Below are positions 10,336 to 19,547 of a DNA stretch of 32,000 bases, piece after piece; positions within the stretch are counted from its first letter, which is position 1, and every line of letters begins with the position of its first letter. Both the position numbers and the translations under genes were made by a program. This stretch comes from a cyanobacterium endosymbiont of Braarudosphaera bigelowii (GTDB lineage: Bacteria; Cyanobacteriota; Cyanobacteriia; Cyanobacteriales; Microcystaceae), in NCBI RefSeq assembly GCF_020885515.1, contig NZ_AP024987.1, positions 1,410,001-1,442,000 of the forward strand, read 5' to 3'. The notes below the pieces were generated by a model. That model searched no databases. It saw only the letters and a list, made by a program, of their open reading frames with translations, and was not told where the DNA came from.

Positions 10336-10670
10336 CTTTCTAAAAATATTAAATATTATGGCGTTAGTAATAAATAATTCTAGCTAGAAGCCTACAAACA
10401 TCATTTAAAAAGAAACAAAAACTTTCTTTTTATGAAAAAATTTAGTAATATAATTCTCAATTTTGCAGATAACCTGTTAAATTTATAGAAACATAATTTT
10501 ATGTTAGCTAGTTTATTACAACTATTTAAAAAGTATTCTTATATAAATGTTAAAAGCTTTCGAAAAAAAGCATAAAAAACGAAATTTCGTTTTATTAAAT
10601 ATTTTTGATAATAATCATATAAGCAGTAAATAACAAAATTCTTGTAAATAATATTTATAAACTAAAAAGT

Positions 10671-11462
10671 ATGAATTATTCAGTATTTACATCTCTTACG
10701 CTAAAAACTATTGGTATAGTTTTTATTCTTACCTCTTTATTACACTATACTATCTTATTTGTTCCCCTCAGTTTAGATATACAATGGCAAAACACTTTAA
10801 TAGATTCAATAGTTGATAGGGGAATTTTACCCCTGGCAGGTATAGGATTTATAGTAACCAGTTATTTCATTGAAGATTTAATCGACAAACCAGCTACTAA
10901 AAAGTCAATATTTAATTTAGAATTGCTAATTTATATATTAGCTAGTATTTTAGGACTCATATTTTTATTAATAATTCCTGTACATCTAAATAACCAGAAC
11001 ACTACTAAAGTAGAAGCTCTAGAAAAAATTGAAGAAGGAGCTGTTCAAGGAGCCGAACAAATTAACCAATTTTTAATTCAAGTTGACACTTTATCAAAAA
11101 ATCCTGATAGGCTTAACGATCAGATCGTGAGCCTTAATAGTATTTTAGAAATTAGACAACTTGAAGGAAAACCTTTAGAAGCTCAACAATTAGAAACTCT
11201 TCGACAACAATATCAGCAGCTAAAAGGTTTAAGAGAATTAGCAAAAAATCCTGAAGAATATAAAGAACGAACTAGTGAATTGAAAAAACAATTAGAAACT
11301 CAATTAGAACAGAATAGAAAAAAAGCTGAAAGCCAAGCTGTTAATCAGTCCATTAAAAAAGGTTTTAATGTCGGATTTAAAAGCTTAATGCTAGCTATTG
11401 CTTACAGTATGATTGGTTGGATAGGATTAAAATCTACTATAAATAATTTTAAAAAATCATAA
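10671..11462 (+). CDS. Hypothetical membrane protein with Q/E/L-rich coiled-coil segment
   Basis: 263 aa. There are about 3-4 N-terminal hydrophobic segments, a central heptad-like stretch (LEAQQLETLRQQYQQLKGLRELAKNPEEYKERTSELKKQLETQLEQNRKKAE), and one C-terminal hydrophobic segment. No family could be assigned from sequence alone. Confidence 0.6.
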   Translation: MNYSVFTSLTLKTIGIVFILTSLLHYTILFVPLSLDIQWQNTLIDSIVDRGILPLAGIGFIVTSYFIEDLIDKPATKKSIFNLELLIYILASILGLIFLLIIPVHLNNQNTTKVEALEKIEEGAVQGAEQINQFLIQVDTLSKNPDRLNDQIVSLNSILEIRQLEGKPLEAQQLETLRQQYQQLKGLRELAKNPEEYKERTSELKKQLETQLEQNRKKAESQAVNQSIKKGFNVGFKSLMLAIAYSMIGWIGLKSTINNFKKS

Positions 11463-11481
11463 ATTGTGAGATTTTAAGCGT

Positions 11482-11508
11482 AAGTAAAAAGTAATAAACT
11501 TTTTACTT
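11482..11508 (+). terminator. Weak AT-rich terminator hairpin after the 10671-11462 CDS
   Basis: 11-bp stem (aagtaaaaagt / actttttactt) with a 5-nt loop, followed by a T-rich run. Only two G-C pairs. Confidence 0.3.
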
Positions 11509-11517
11509 TTTACTTTT

Positions 11518-12294
11518 TTACATTCCCATAATTGTATATCCAGCATCTACATAAATTATTTGTCCTGTAATACCACTAGCTAAATTACTACATAGAAAAG
11601 CGGCAGTATTACCTATCTCTAGTTGAGTTACTGTTCTTTTCAAAGGAGCAATTTTTTCTACATGATTAATCATATCTAAAATGCCTCCCACTGCTGAAGA
11701 AGCTAGCGTTCTTATAGGACCAGCTGAGATGGCATTAATTCGAATATTTTGCGAACCTAATTCATTTGCTAAATAACGAACACTCATTTCTAGGCCAGCT
11801 TTAGCAATCCCCATCAAATTATAGTTAGGTATTACTTTAACTCCTCCTATATAAGTTAAAGTCAACACACTACCTCCTTCGCTCATTATCGGCTTAGCAT
11901 ACTTGACCATATTACCTAACGAAAAAGTACTAATTTCGAGAGATTGGTTAAAAACTTTACGAGACATGTCGCTATAGTCTCCTCCTAGTCCTTCTTTATC
12001 TGCAAACGCTAGACAATGGATTAATATATCTAGTTTTCCCCAACTATTTGAAAGATAATCAAAGGTTTCTTGTATTTGTAACTCATTTTGAACATCACAA
12101 GGTAGTATGATGGAAGGAGAGATAGGTTTAACTACATCACGAACTTTTTTTTCAAAGCGTCCTTTTTCGTCAGGCAAATATGTGACACCAATATTAGCTC
12201 CAGCTTTATGAAGTTGTTGCGCAATTCCCCAAGCAATAGAGCGGTTATTAGCAATTCCTGTAATAAGAGCGTTTTTTCCGGATAGATCTAACAT
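11518..12294 (-). CDS. fabI: Enoyl-[acyl-carrier-protein] reductase (NADH) FabI
   Basis: SDR fold with GKNALITGIANNRSIAWGIA cofactor motif and Y-x6-K (YNLMGIAK). The start is set at the ATG giving MLDLSGKN (258 aa), typical for FabI. The 24 upstream codons in the ORF track look like non-coding extension. Confidence 0.9.
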   Translation of the reverse strand: MLDLSGKNALITGIANNRSIAWGIAQQLHKAGANIGVTYLPDEKGRFEKKVRDVVKPISPSIILPCDVQNELQIQETFDYLSNSWGKLDILIHCLAFADKEGLGGDYSDMSRKVFNQSLEISTFSLGNMVKYAKPIMSEGGSVLTLTYIGGVKVIPNYNLMGIAKAGLEMSVRYLANELGSQNIRINAISAGPIRTLASSAVGGILDMINHVEKIAPLKRTVTQLEIGNTAAFLCSNLASGITGQIIYVDAGYTIMGM

Positions 12295-12532
12295 AATTAT
12301 CTGAATAATTAAACAAAGTTTTTCTCTAATATGCCACCATTTTTGAACAATGGTGGCTATAATCATTCACAGGGTAAGAGATGTATTTATCCTGATAAAA
12401 ACATTGTGAAGCAAAATGTAGCAAAAATGTAACAAAAATCTTTGAAGATGCTTTAAATTAACATTTTTGTCCAGGATTAATATAATCTTAAATGTTTTAA
12501 TTCCCTTTGTTTTTTTAATGTTCTATTAAAGT

Positions 12533-13213
12533 GTGATTGAATTGTCTGTGCTACAAAATAAACCACTAACGGCTATTTTGCGCCATATTAATGGCGAGGC
12601 TTATTCTTCGAATATTGAATTATTTGAACGAGGAAAAACTATTTTTTTCCCTGGTGATCCAGCAGACAAAATATATTTTTTACTTAAAGGAGCTGTTAAA
12701 TTATCTCTTGTGTATGAAGCAGGAGACGAGATTACTGTAGCTTTATTGCGAGAAAATAGTATTTTTGGAGTACTTTCTTTAATTGCAGGACAAAAATCAG
12801 ATCGTTTCTATCATGCTGTTGCTTTCTCTTCTGTAGAGCTATTATCTGCTCCAACCAATAAAGTAGAAGAGGCTTTGAAAAACAACTCTGATTTGTCTAT
12901 TTTAATGCTTAAAGGCTTATCTTCTAGAATTTTACAAACAGAAATGATGATTGAAACTCTTGCTCATCGTGACATGGGTTCTCGCCTAGTTAGTTTCTTA
13001 TTAATTTTATGTCGAGATTTTGGGGTTCCTGTATCTGAAGGTATTCATATTGATTTAAAGTTATCTCATCAAGCTATTGCCGAAGCTATCGGCTCCACTC
13101 GTGTTACCATAACTCGTCTTCTAGGAGATTTACGTCAGCAGGGAATAATCTCCATCTATAAGAAAAAAATTACAGTCCATAATCCTGTTAATCTTAGTCA
13201 ACAATTTTCTTAA
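12533..13213 (+). CDS. ntcA: Global nitrogen regulator NtcA (CRP/FNR family)
   Basis: Near-identical to conserved NtcA blocks: [91 protein letters not shown], and [27 protein letters not shown]. There is no in-frame ATG near the 5' end. The start must be GTG 12533, TTG 12542 or GTG 12548. Confidence 0.95.
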   Translation: MIELSVLQNKPLTAILRHINGEAYSSNIELFERGKTIFFPGDPADKIYFLLKGAVKLSLVYEAGDEITVALLRENSIFGVLSLIAGQKSDRFYHAVAFSSVELLSAPTNKVEEALKNNSDLSILMLKGLSSRILQTEMMIETLAHRDMGSRLVSFLLILCRDFGVPVSEGIHIDLKLSHQAIAEAIGSTRVTITRLLGDLRQQGIISIYKKKITVHNPVNLSQQFS

Positions 13214-13237
13214 TATTGGTATTAATCTTAAAAGCGA

Positions 13238-14698
13238 ATGACTAGTTCTTATATCCTAGTACTATCGATTCTCATTTTAGGAGGCTTAATTGCAGCATTA
13301 GGTGATCGGTTAGGAAGTAAAGTTGGTAAAGCTCGACTCACTATCGGTAATCTTCGCCCAAAACAAACAGCTGTTGTTGTTACTGTTTTAACAGGAACTT
13401 TCATAGCAGCTTCAACATTTGGTATTTTATTAATTTCTAGTAAATCCTTAAGAGAAGGTCTTTTTCAACTTGATAAGATTCAAAAACAATTACGTATTGC
13501 TGAGGCTGATTTAGAAAGACTGGGTATAGATAAAAAAAATACTGAGAAAGAGTTGAGAAAAGTAAAAAGTGAACAATATGCTGTCGAAAAAAAGTTAGAA
13601 ATGACTATTAATAACTTTAATACGGCTAAACACCAACTTAAATCAGCTTTTGACCAAGCTTTGAAGTTAAGAATTGATATACAAACTCTTTTAAATGAAA
13701 GAAGAGAACTTCGCCAGAATAAAGTAGATCTTGACAGACAAATTAAAAAACTGAAGCAAGAAATTATTAATCGAGATCAGGAACTAGAAAAAGGGAAAAA
13801 ACAAATTATAGAACAAACTAAAATCTTAAATGAACGACAAAGTAGGTTACAAAGTCTAGAAAAACGCCAGAGTATTTTACAAGAAGAAATTGATAGGAGA
13901 GATGCTGAAATTATCAAACTTGATCAAGATATTAATGGCAAAGATATTGCTTTAAAAAACAAGGAATCACAACTTCAACAATTAGAGAGGAAATCTACAT
14001 ATCTTCAACGACAGATGGCTATCTTAGAGCAGTATTATCAAACTTATCAAGAGTTGCGAGAAAGGAAAATTGCTATTGTTAGAGGTCAAGTATTATCTAT
14101 TGGTGCAGTACGTCTTGTAGTTTCTAAGGCTAGTACTCAAGTAGTTGATGAATTATTAAGACAAGCTAATAGGACTGTCATAGAGTTAATAGGTAAAAAT
14201 ACTATACAACCAGATTACAGAGTAGTAAAAATTACCCAGAGTCAAGTCCAACAATTAATTCAAGAGTTGCAAGATAATCAAGAATATGTGGTCAGAATTA
14301 TTGCTGCAGGTAATTATGTACAAGGAGAAAAGGAAGTTAGAGTTTTTGCAGATGTTGCTCTTAATCAAAAAATTTTTAGTAAAGAAGAAACAATTTCTGT
14401 AATTTCAATTGATTCTTTAAAATTAACAGAAGAAATAATACAACAAAAACTAGACTTATTACTATCAGCAACTCAATTTCATGCCCGTCGTTCAGGAGTT
14501 TTAGGTGGCATACAAGTAGCGGATGGAAGATTGAAAACTTTAGTAGACTTTATTGAAAGTATTCGACAATCACAAGTGGGATTAGATAAACTTAAAGCAA
14601 TTGCTATGCAAGATACTAAAACAATTGGTCCCTTGAAGTTAAAGCTTTTAGGGATAAGAGGAAGAGAAGTAATCTTAGAAACAAATAATAATGACTAA
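13238..14698 (+). CDS. DUF3084-type membrane-anchored coiled-coil protein
   Basis: 486 aa. The N-terminus has a TM pair with GDRLGSKVGKARL..LRPKQTAVVVTVLTG, as I recall for cyanobacterial DUF3084. A ~200-aa coiled coil and a globular C-terminal domain follow. Confidence 0.65.
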   Translation: MTSSYILVLSILILGGLIAALGDRLGSKVGKARLTIGNLRPKQTAVVVTVLTGTFIAASTFGILLISSKSLREGLFQLDKIQKQLRIAEADLERLGIDKKNTEKELRKVKSEQYAVEKKLEMTINNFNTAKHQLKSAFDQALKLRIDIQTLLNERRELRQNKVDLDRQIKKLKQEIINRDQELEKGKKQIIEQTKILNERQSRLQSLEKRQSILQEEIDRRDAEIIKLDQDINGKDIALKNKESQLQQLERKSTYLQRQMAILEQYYQTYQELRERKIAIVRGQVLSIGAVRLVVSKASTQVVDELLRQANRTVIELIGKNTIQPDYRVVKITQSQVQQLIQELQDNQEYVVRIIAAGNYVQGEKEVRVFADVALNQKIFSKEETISVISIDSLKLTEEIIQQKLDLLLSATQFHARRSGVLGGIQVADGRLKTLVDFIESIRQSQVGLDKLKAIAMQDTKTIGPLKLKLLGIRGREVILETNNND

Positions 14699-15113
14699 AA
14701 AAGAACCATTACCTATTCTAGGATTTGACCCTGGAAGAGATAAGTGCGGTGTTGCCATCGTTAATGAAGATGGTGAACTTTATTATCATGCAGTTATTAA
14801 ATCATATGATGTTATTCAACAATTGAATTTTTTACAAAAGAAATTTTTTTTTAGATTATTAGTCATAGGAGATCAGACAACTTCGGAAGATTGGAAAAAC
14901 TATTTAGAAAAAGAATTATTATTTTCAGTGCCTATAGTTAAGATAGATGAGAGAAATAGTACTTTAGAAGCGCGAAATCGATATTGGAAGATGTATCCTC
15001 CAAATTTTATCAGACGTCTTATTCCTGAAAGTTTAAGGATCCCAAATCGTTCAATTGATGATATTGTTGCCATTCTCTTGGTAGAAAGATTTCTCCAAAC
15101 TAGTAAAAAATAA
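14691..15113 (+). CDS. YqgF/RuvX-like RNase H-fold putative nuclease
   Basis: 140 aa. The N-terminal ILGFDPGRDKCGVAIVNEDGEL resembles the RuvX/YqgF acidic-site motif (G.D.G..r.G.A). The start overlaps the upstream stop by 8 nt (ATGACTAA). Confidence 0.6.
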   Translation: MTKKEPLPILGFDPGRDKCGVAIVNEDGELYYHAVIKSYDVIQQLNFLQKKFFFRLLVIGDQTTSEDWKNYLEKELLFSVPIVKIDERNSTLEARNRYWKMYPPNFIRRLIPESLRIPNRSIDDIVAILLVERFLQTSKK

Positions 15114-15121
15114 AGATAATC

Positions 15122-15159
15122 TATGGTGGGTAAATTTTACCTAAAGTTTACCCACCATA
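15122..15159. terminator. Candidate bidirectional terminator between convergent YqgF-like gene and alaS
   Basis: Perfect 13-bp stem (tatggtgggtaaa / tttacccaccata) with a 12-nt loop, filling the 48-bp spacer. T-rich sequence follows on the minus strand. Confidence 0.5.
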
Positions 15160-15161
15160 AA

Positions 15162-17804
15162 TTATTTAAGTAGTTGAATAAGCTTATTTTTTGCAGTTAG
15201 CAATGCTTCTTCTAACTTACCTGGATTTTTGCCTCCTGCTTGAGCTAAATTAGGACGACCTCCTCCTCCCCCTTCACATATTTGGGCGATTTCTCCAATA
15301 AATTGACCCGCTAATATATTCTTATCTTTATAAATTTTTTTACTAAAAGCTGCTACAAGACTGACCTTATTTCCAGGAAGTGTAGATCCTAACACTACCG
15401 CACCTTCTCCAATTTTATGCTGTAACCTTTCAGCAGATTTTTGTAATGCCTTTGTATCCATATTTCCTACATTCGAGACAATTATTTTTAAATTATTGTC
15501 TAACAATTCTGCCATATCTAATAATTTATCAGATTTAATTACAGCTAACTCCTGTTGTATTATTTCCAATTGTTTCTGAGTATCTTTCAGTTCAATTTGT
15601 AATGATGTGATACGATTTTGAATTTCTTCAGGTTTTGTTTTAAGGTGGTCACATAAATTCTTAACTATATTTTCTCTTTCTTTTAAGTGGTTCAGAACAG
15701 TTGGTCCTGTAATAGCTTCTATACGTTTAACACCGGAGGAAATACCACTTTGTGAAATTATTTTAAATAATCCAATTTCAGCTATATTTTCTACATGTGT
15801 TCCTCCACATAATTCCATTGAAACTTCAGGAATATTAATAACACGAACTTCTGCCCCATATTTTTCTCCAAACATAGCTATGGCACCTTTTTCTTTTGCA
15901 ACTTTTAAAGGCATATTTTCTACTTTTACAATATGCTTTTCAGAAATCCAAGAATTGATAGTATTCTCTACTTTTTCTATTTGCTCTGGAGTTATTTGAC
16001 AAGAATGTTGGAAATCAAATCTTAATCTATCAAAAGTAACTAATGATCCTGCTTGTGTAATAGAGTCACCTAGAATTTTTTTTAGCGCAGCTTGTAATAA
16101 GTGAGTTGATGTATGATTTAGTTTAACTTGATGACGATAGTCATTATTAACAACTGCATTTACAACTTCATCAGCAAATATACATCCTTCTTCTACTTTT
16201 CCAGAATGTATAAAAATTCCAGATTCTTTTTGAACATCGTTAATCCTAATAAATGAATTTTGCCCAACTAAATGACCATGATCACTCACTTGACCACCTG
16301 ATTCTGCATAAAATGGAGATTGATCCAGCACTATTTTTATATCATCTCCCTTTTCTGCTTTTGGAACAACTTTTTGATTAACTAGAACTTTTTTAATCAC
16401 AGAAAATGAACTTAAATCAGAATAACCAAGAAATTTTGTAGCAGCTATATTATTTATTAATTTATTGACCCCATATTGCACAGATAAATTTACAGTTTCA
16501 TGCGCTGCTTTTGATCTACATTGCTGTATTTTCATTTGTTTATAGAATTCGTTAACATTAACTTTTAATTGACTCTCTTCTGCAATTTCTTGAGTTAATT
16601 CTAAAGGAAATCCATAGGTGTCATATAAAGTAAAGGCATCTAAACCAGAAATTTGACTAGACTTCTCAAGCTTGAGTATTATTTCAGATAATAATTTCTC
16701 TCCTCTCTCTAGAGTTTTGAGAAAAATATCTTCTTCTCTTTCTAGTTCCTTATTAATAAAAATTGCTTTTTCTTTAATTTCTGGGTAAAACTCTCCAGAA
16801 GTTTGAATTGCAGTCTGTGCAATTTCATTAATAAATTTTCCCTCGATCCCGATCAAACGTCCATGTCTAATAATTCTACGAATTAAACGACGTAATACGT
16901 AACCTCTATCTGTATTAGAGGCAACAACACCGTCAGATATCATATGAACAACTGCTCTAGTATGATCCCCAATAATTTTCAAAGATCTTTTTACTTTTTC
17001 TTCTGCTTCTGCATAGTCAGTTGTAATTATGTTTGATATGGATTTAATTATTGGAAAAATTAGGTCTGTTTCATAATTATTAGGTACTTTTTGTAATATT
17101 TGAGCCATACGTTCTAGGCCCATTCCCGTATCAATATTTTTTTGTTCTAAGGGTAACAAATCACCATTATCATTACGATTATATTCCATAAATACGAGAT
17201 TATAGAATTCAATAAAACGAGAATCATTTTCTAAGTCGAGATTTTGCTCTCCTAATTCAGGATAAAAGTCATAATACAATTCTGAGCAAGGGCCACATGG
17301 CCCAGTTTCTCCTGCTTTCCAAAAATTATCTTTTTCTCCCATTCTTATGATTCTCTGTTTAGAAATACCAATTACATTTTCCCAAATATCAAAAGCTTCA
17401 TCATCATTTTCAAAAACACTAACAATAATATTCTGTGAAGGTAAAAGAAAAATTTCAGTAGATAACTCCCAAGCCCATTTTATGGCCTGCTCTTTAAAAT
17501 AATCTCCAAAACTAAAATTACCTAGCATCTCAAAAAAAGTGTGATGCCTAGCTGTATAACCTACATTATCAATGTCATTGGTTCGAATACATTTTTGAGA
17601 TGTAGTAACTCGAGAAAAGCGAGATAATTCTTGTCCAAGAAAGATAGGTTTAAACGGTAACATACCAGCTATTGTCAACAGAACAGTTGGATCTGTTGGT
17701 ATTAATGATGCACTTGGAAGAATTTGATGCTTTTTCCCTTTATAAAATTGAAGAAATTTATGGCGTATTTGATTTCCAGTAAGAAAAGGTGGAGGTGTTA
17801 TCAT
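15162..17804 (-). CDS. alaS: Alanine--tRNA ligase
   Basis: 880 aa. Class II AlaRS N-terminal catalytic blocks (FLQFY..KKHQILPS.SL, FTIAGM-like LTIAGMLPFKP, CIRTNDIDNVG.T.RHHTFFEMLGNFSFGDYFK). Also the editing-domain HTSTHLL and CGGTH motifs and the C-terminal GGGGGRPNLAQAGG. Confidence 0.97.
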   Translation of the reverse strand: MITPPPFLTGNQIRHKFLQFYKGKKHQILPSASLIPTDPTVLLTIAGMLPFKPIFLGQELSRFSRVTTSQKCIRTNDIDNVGYTARHHTFFEMLGNFSFGDYFKEQAIKWAWELSTEIFLLPSQNIIVSVFENDDEAFDIWENVIGISKQRIIRMGEKDNFWKAGETGPCGPCSELYYDFYPELGEQNLDLENDSRFIEFYNLVFMEYNRNDNGDLLPLEQKNIDTGMGLERMAQILQKVPNNYETDLIFPIIKSISNIITTDYAEAEEKVKRSLKIIGDHTRAVVHMISDGVVASNTDRGYVLRRLIRRIIRHGRLIGIEGKFINEIAQTAIQTSGEFYPEIKEKAIFINKELEREEDIFLKTLERGEKLLSEIILKLEKSSQISGLDAFTLYDTYGFPLELTQEIAEESQLKVNVNEFYKQMKIQQCRSKAAHETVNLSVQYGVNKLINNIAATKFLGYSDLSSFSVIKKVLVNQKVVPKAEKGDDIKIVLDQSPFYAESGGQVSDHGHLVGQNSFIRINDVQKESGIFIHSGKVEEGCIFADEVVNAVVNNDYRHQVKLNHTSTHLLQAALKKILGDSITQAGSLVTFDRLRFDFQHSCQITPEQIEKVENTINSWISEKHIVKVENMPLKVAKEKGAIAMFGEKYGAEVRVINIPEVSMELCGGTHVENIAEIGLFKIISQSGISSGVKRIEAITGPTVLNHLKERENIVKNLCDHLKTKPEEIQNRITSLQIELKDTQKQLEIIQQELAVIKSDKLLDMAELLDNNLKIIVSNVGNMDTKALQKSAERLQHKIGEGAVVLGSTLPGNKVSLVAAFSKKIYKDKNILAGQFIGEIAQICEGGGGGRPNLAQAGGKNPGKLEEALLTAKNKLIQLLK

Positions 17805-17994
17805 TATGGAATATTTGTTTGAATTTATAGATTGTTATATTGTTACATTTTGTGGATGAATATTAAAAATATACTATTGTTCTCAAGTGTTAAGATGATA
17901 AGTATTAGTATTGTTTCAAAAACTTTATTAGTACAATTAAAACGTAAACATTTTTATTAGCTATATTGTTCTTTAATTTTGATTGCATTCATTT

Positions 17995-18414
17995 ATGTCT
18001 TCTTTACCTCAATATCGTCCTCAAAAACTTTCACTAGGATCTCTTGAAACTGAAATTTTGGAAATTCTTTGGGATCTTGAAAAGGCTACAGTTAAACAAA
18101 TTCATGATCATATTTTGTCTGATTTAGAAAGAGAATTAGCTTATGCTTCTGTTACAACAGTTCTCAATCGTCTTACCAAAAAAGGTTGGTTAAAATGTTG
18201 TAAACAAAATAAAGCATTTTCTTGGGAACCTCTTGTATCTCGTGAACAGACAAATACGTTACGAGCTTGTGAGCAATTGCAACAATTTCTTGCTATTAGT
18301 AATCCTAATATGGTCGCTTCATTCGCAGATAATTTGGATACTACTAGCTTAGAACGCCTAGAGTTAATTGCTGCTAATTTACAAGAGATTCGTCGTCAAC
18401 GGGAGATAAAATAG
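17995..18414 (+). CDS. BlaI/MecI/CopY-family winged-helix repressor (PetR-like)
   Basis: About 139 aa from the first ATG; the ORF track starts 4 codons earlier at TTG. Pattern LG.LE.EIL..LW....ATVKQI.D.L......AY.SV.T.L.RL..KG.L is typical of the family. Its stop lies 2 nt before the M56 protease gene start. Confidence 0.8.
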   Translation: MSSLPQYRPQKLSLGSLETEILEILWDLEKATVKQIHDHILSDLERELAYASVTTVLNRLTKKGWLKCCKQNKAFSWEPLVSREQTNTLRACEQLQQFLAISNPNMVASFADNLDTTSLERLELIAANLQEIRRQREIK

Positions 18415-18416
18415 AT

Positions 18417-19268
18417 ATGCATATATTAATGATTTTACTGGTCTTAACTCTTGCTTTTGGAATCAGATTACTTTACCCTTCTAACTTTATGGGAATGAGC
18501 CGCTGGCAAATTTCTCTTATAACTTTTATAGTGCCTCCTTTGTTAGTTGTAGTAACAGCTATCTCAATTATTTCGATGGGATATGATGGTAAGATGTTAG
18601 GCTTGCCAGCAAGCCGCTTTAGTTATTCAACATCGATAATTTTTTTAGGTATCGCTCTAATAAAATTTATTAAAATCACTTTTCAAGGTTGGAATTCAGT
18701 TAGAGTGATTAGAAATTATCCTAAACAGATTATTAATAATCACTTAGTAAGGGTTGTTGAGATAGACGTACCTTACAGTGCACAAATTGGATTTTGGAAT
18801 CCTGAATTAATTGTTAGTAGTGGTTTATTAAAATCTTTAGATTTAAATCATTTAAAAGCTGTTATTGCTCATGAAGAAGCACATAAAAATTATCATGATA
18901 CTTTCTATTTTTTCTGGCTGGGTTGGTTGAAAAATATTAGTTTCTGGTTACCAAATACAAATATGATTTGGGAAGAACTGTTACTACTTAGAGAAATTCG
19001 TGCAGATCAAAAAGCCACTCAAAATATTGATCCTTTACTTCTCGCTGAATCTCTACTTATTGTAGCTAGAAAGATGAATTTAATAGCTGAAGACATTTCT
19101 ACTAGCTTTGTAGAAGCATATTTTCATGAGATGAATACTGATAGTAGACTTGAAAAACGAATTAAAGCATTATTTAATATATCAGAAGATTTAGGAAACG
19201 ATAGTTCTCATTTGAATTATGTTTTATTAGCCTTACTACCCTTGCTTTCTATCCCTTTTCACAATTAA
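18417..19268 (+). CDS. BlaR1-like M56 family membrane metalloprotease without sensor domain (PetP-like)
   Basis: 283 aa with N-terminal TM segments and HEEAH zinc motif (AVIAHEEAHKNYHD). No penicillin-binding-type extracellular domain. Immediately downstream of the BlaI-family gene. Confidence 0.8.
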   Translation: MHILMILLVLTLAFGIRLLYPSNFMGMSRWQISLITFIVPPLLVVVTAISIISMGYDGKMLGLPASRFSYSTSIIFLGIALIKFIKITFQGWNSVRVIRNYPKQIINNHLVRVVEIDVPYSAQIGFWNPELIVSSGLLKSLDLNHLKAVIAHEEAHKNYHDTFYFFWLGWLKNISFWLPNTNMIWEELLLLREIRADQKATQNIDPLLLAESLLIVARKMNLIAEDISTSFVEAYFHEMNTDSRLEKRIKALFNISEDLGNDSSHLNYVLLALLPLLSIPFHN

Positions 19269-19547
19269 AGAGGCTACTCAATTTATTCTTTACATAAAAA
19301 TTTAATAATATTTTATATGTAAACTATCTCAAGGTTGCCATCTTAAAAAATGCAATTTTTAACTAACGAAAATACAGTGAAATTTATCATATTTATTTAC
19401 ACAGAACAATTTTAAAGAAGAAAAATATTTATATAAAACTATATAGAATTTGATTTATTTTATTATCTTAAAAGATAAAAATCAAAATAAGGAAAGCTAG
19501 TTTTAAAAAGTTTAAAGTAATTAATATCACAGAGACTAAAACCACAA

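Noticed and set aside
8837-10670. Hidden RNase P RNA, tmRNA, SRP RNA or tRNA in the large gap
   Set aside because: I looked for hallmark strings: the GAGGAAAGTCC-type P4 sequence, tRNA-like GGTTCGAATCC T-arms, and a tmRNA tag reading frame with a 3' CCA-proximal T-arm. I found none. A covariance-model scan is still needed to exclude divergent RNAs.
11498-11519. Tandem ACTTTTT x3 as a microsatellite or CRISPR-like repeat
   Set aside because: There are only three 7-nt units. They form the 3' arm and U-tract of a weak terminator and overlap the fabI stop. No spacers or array structure are present.
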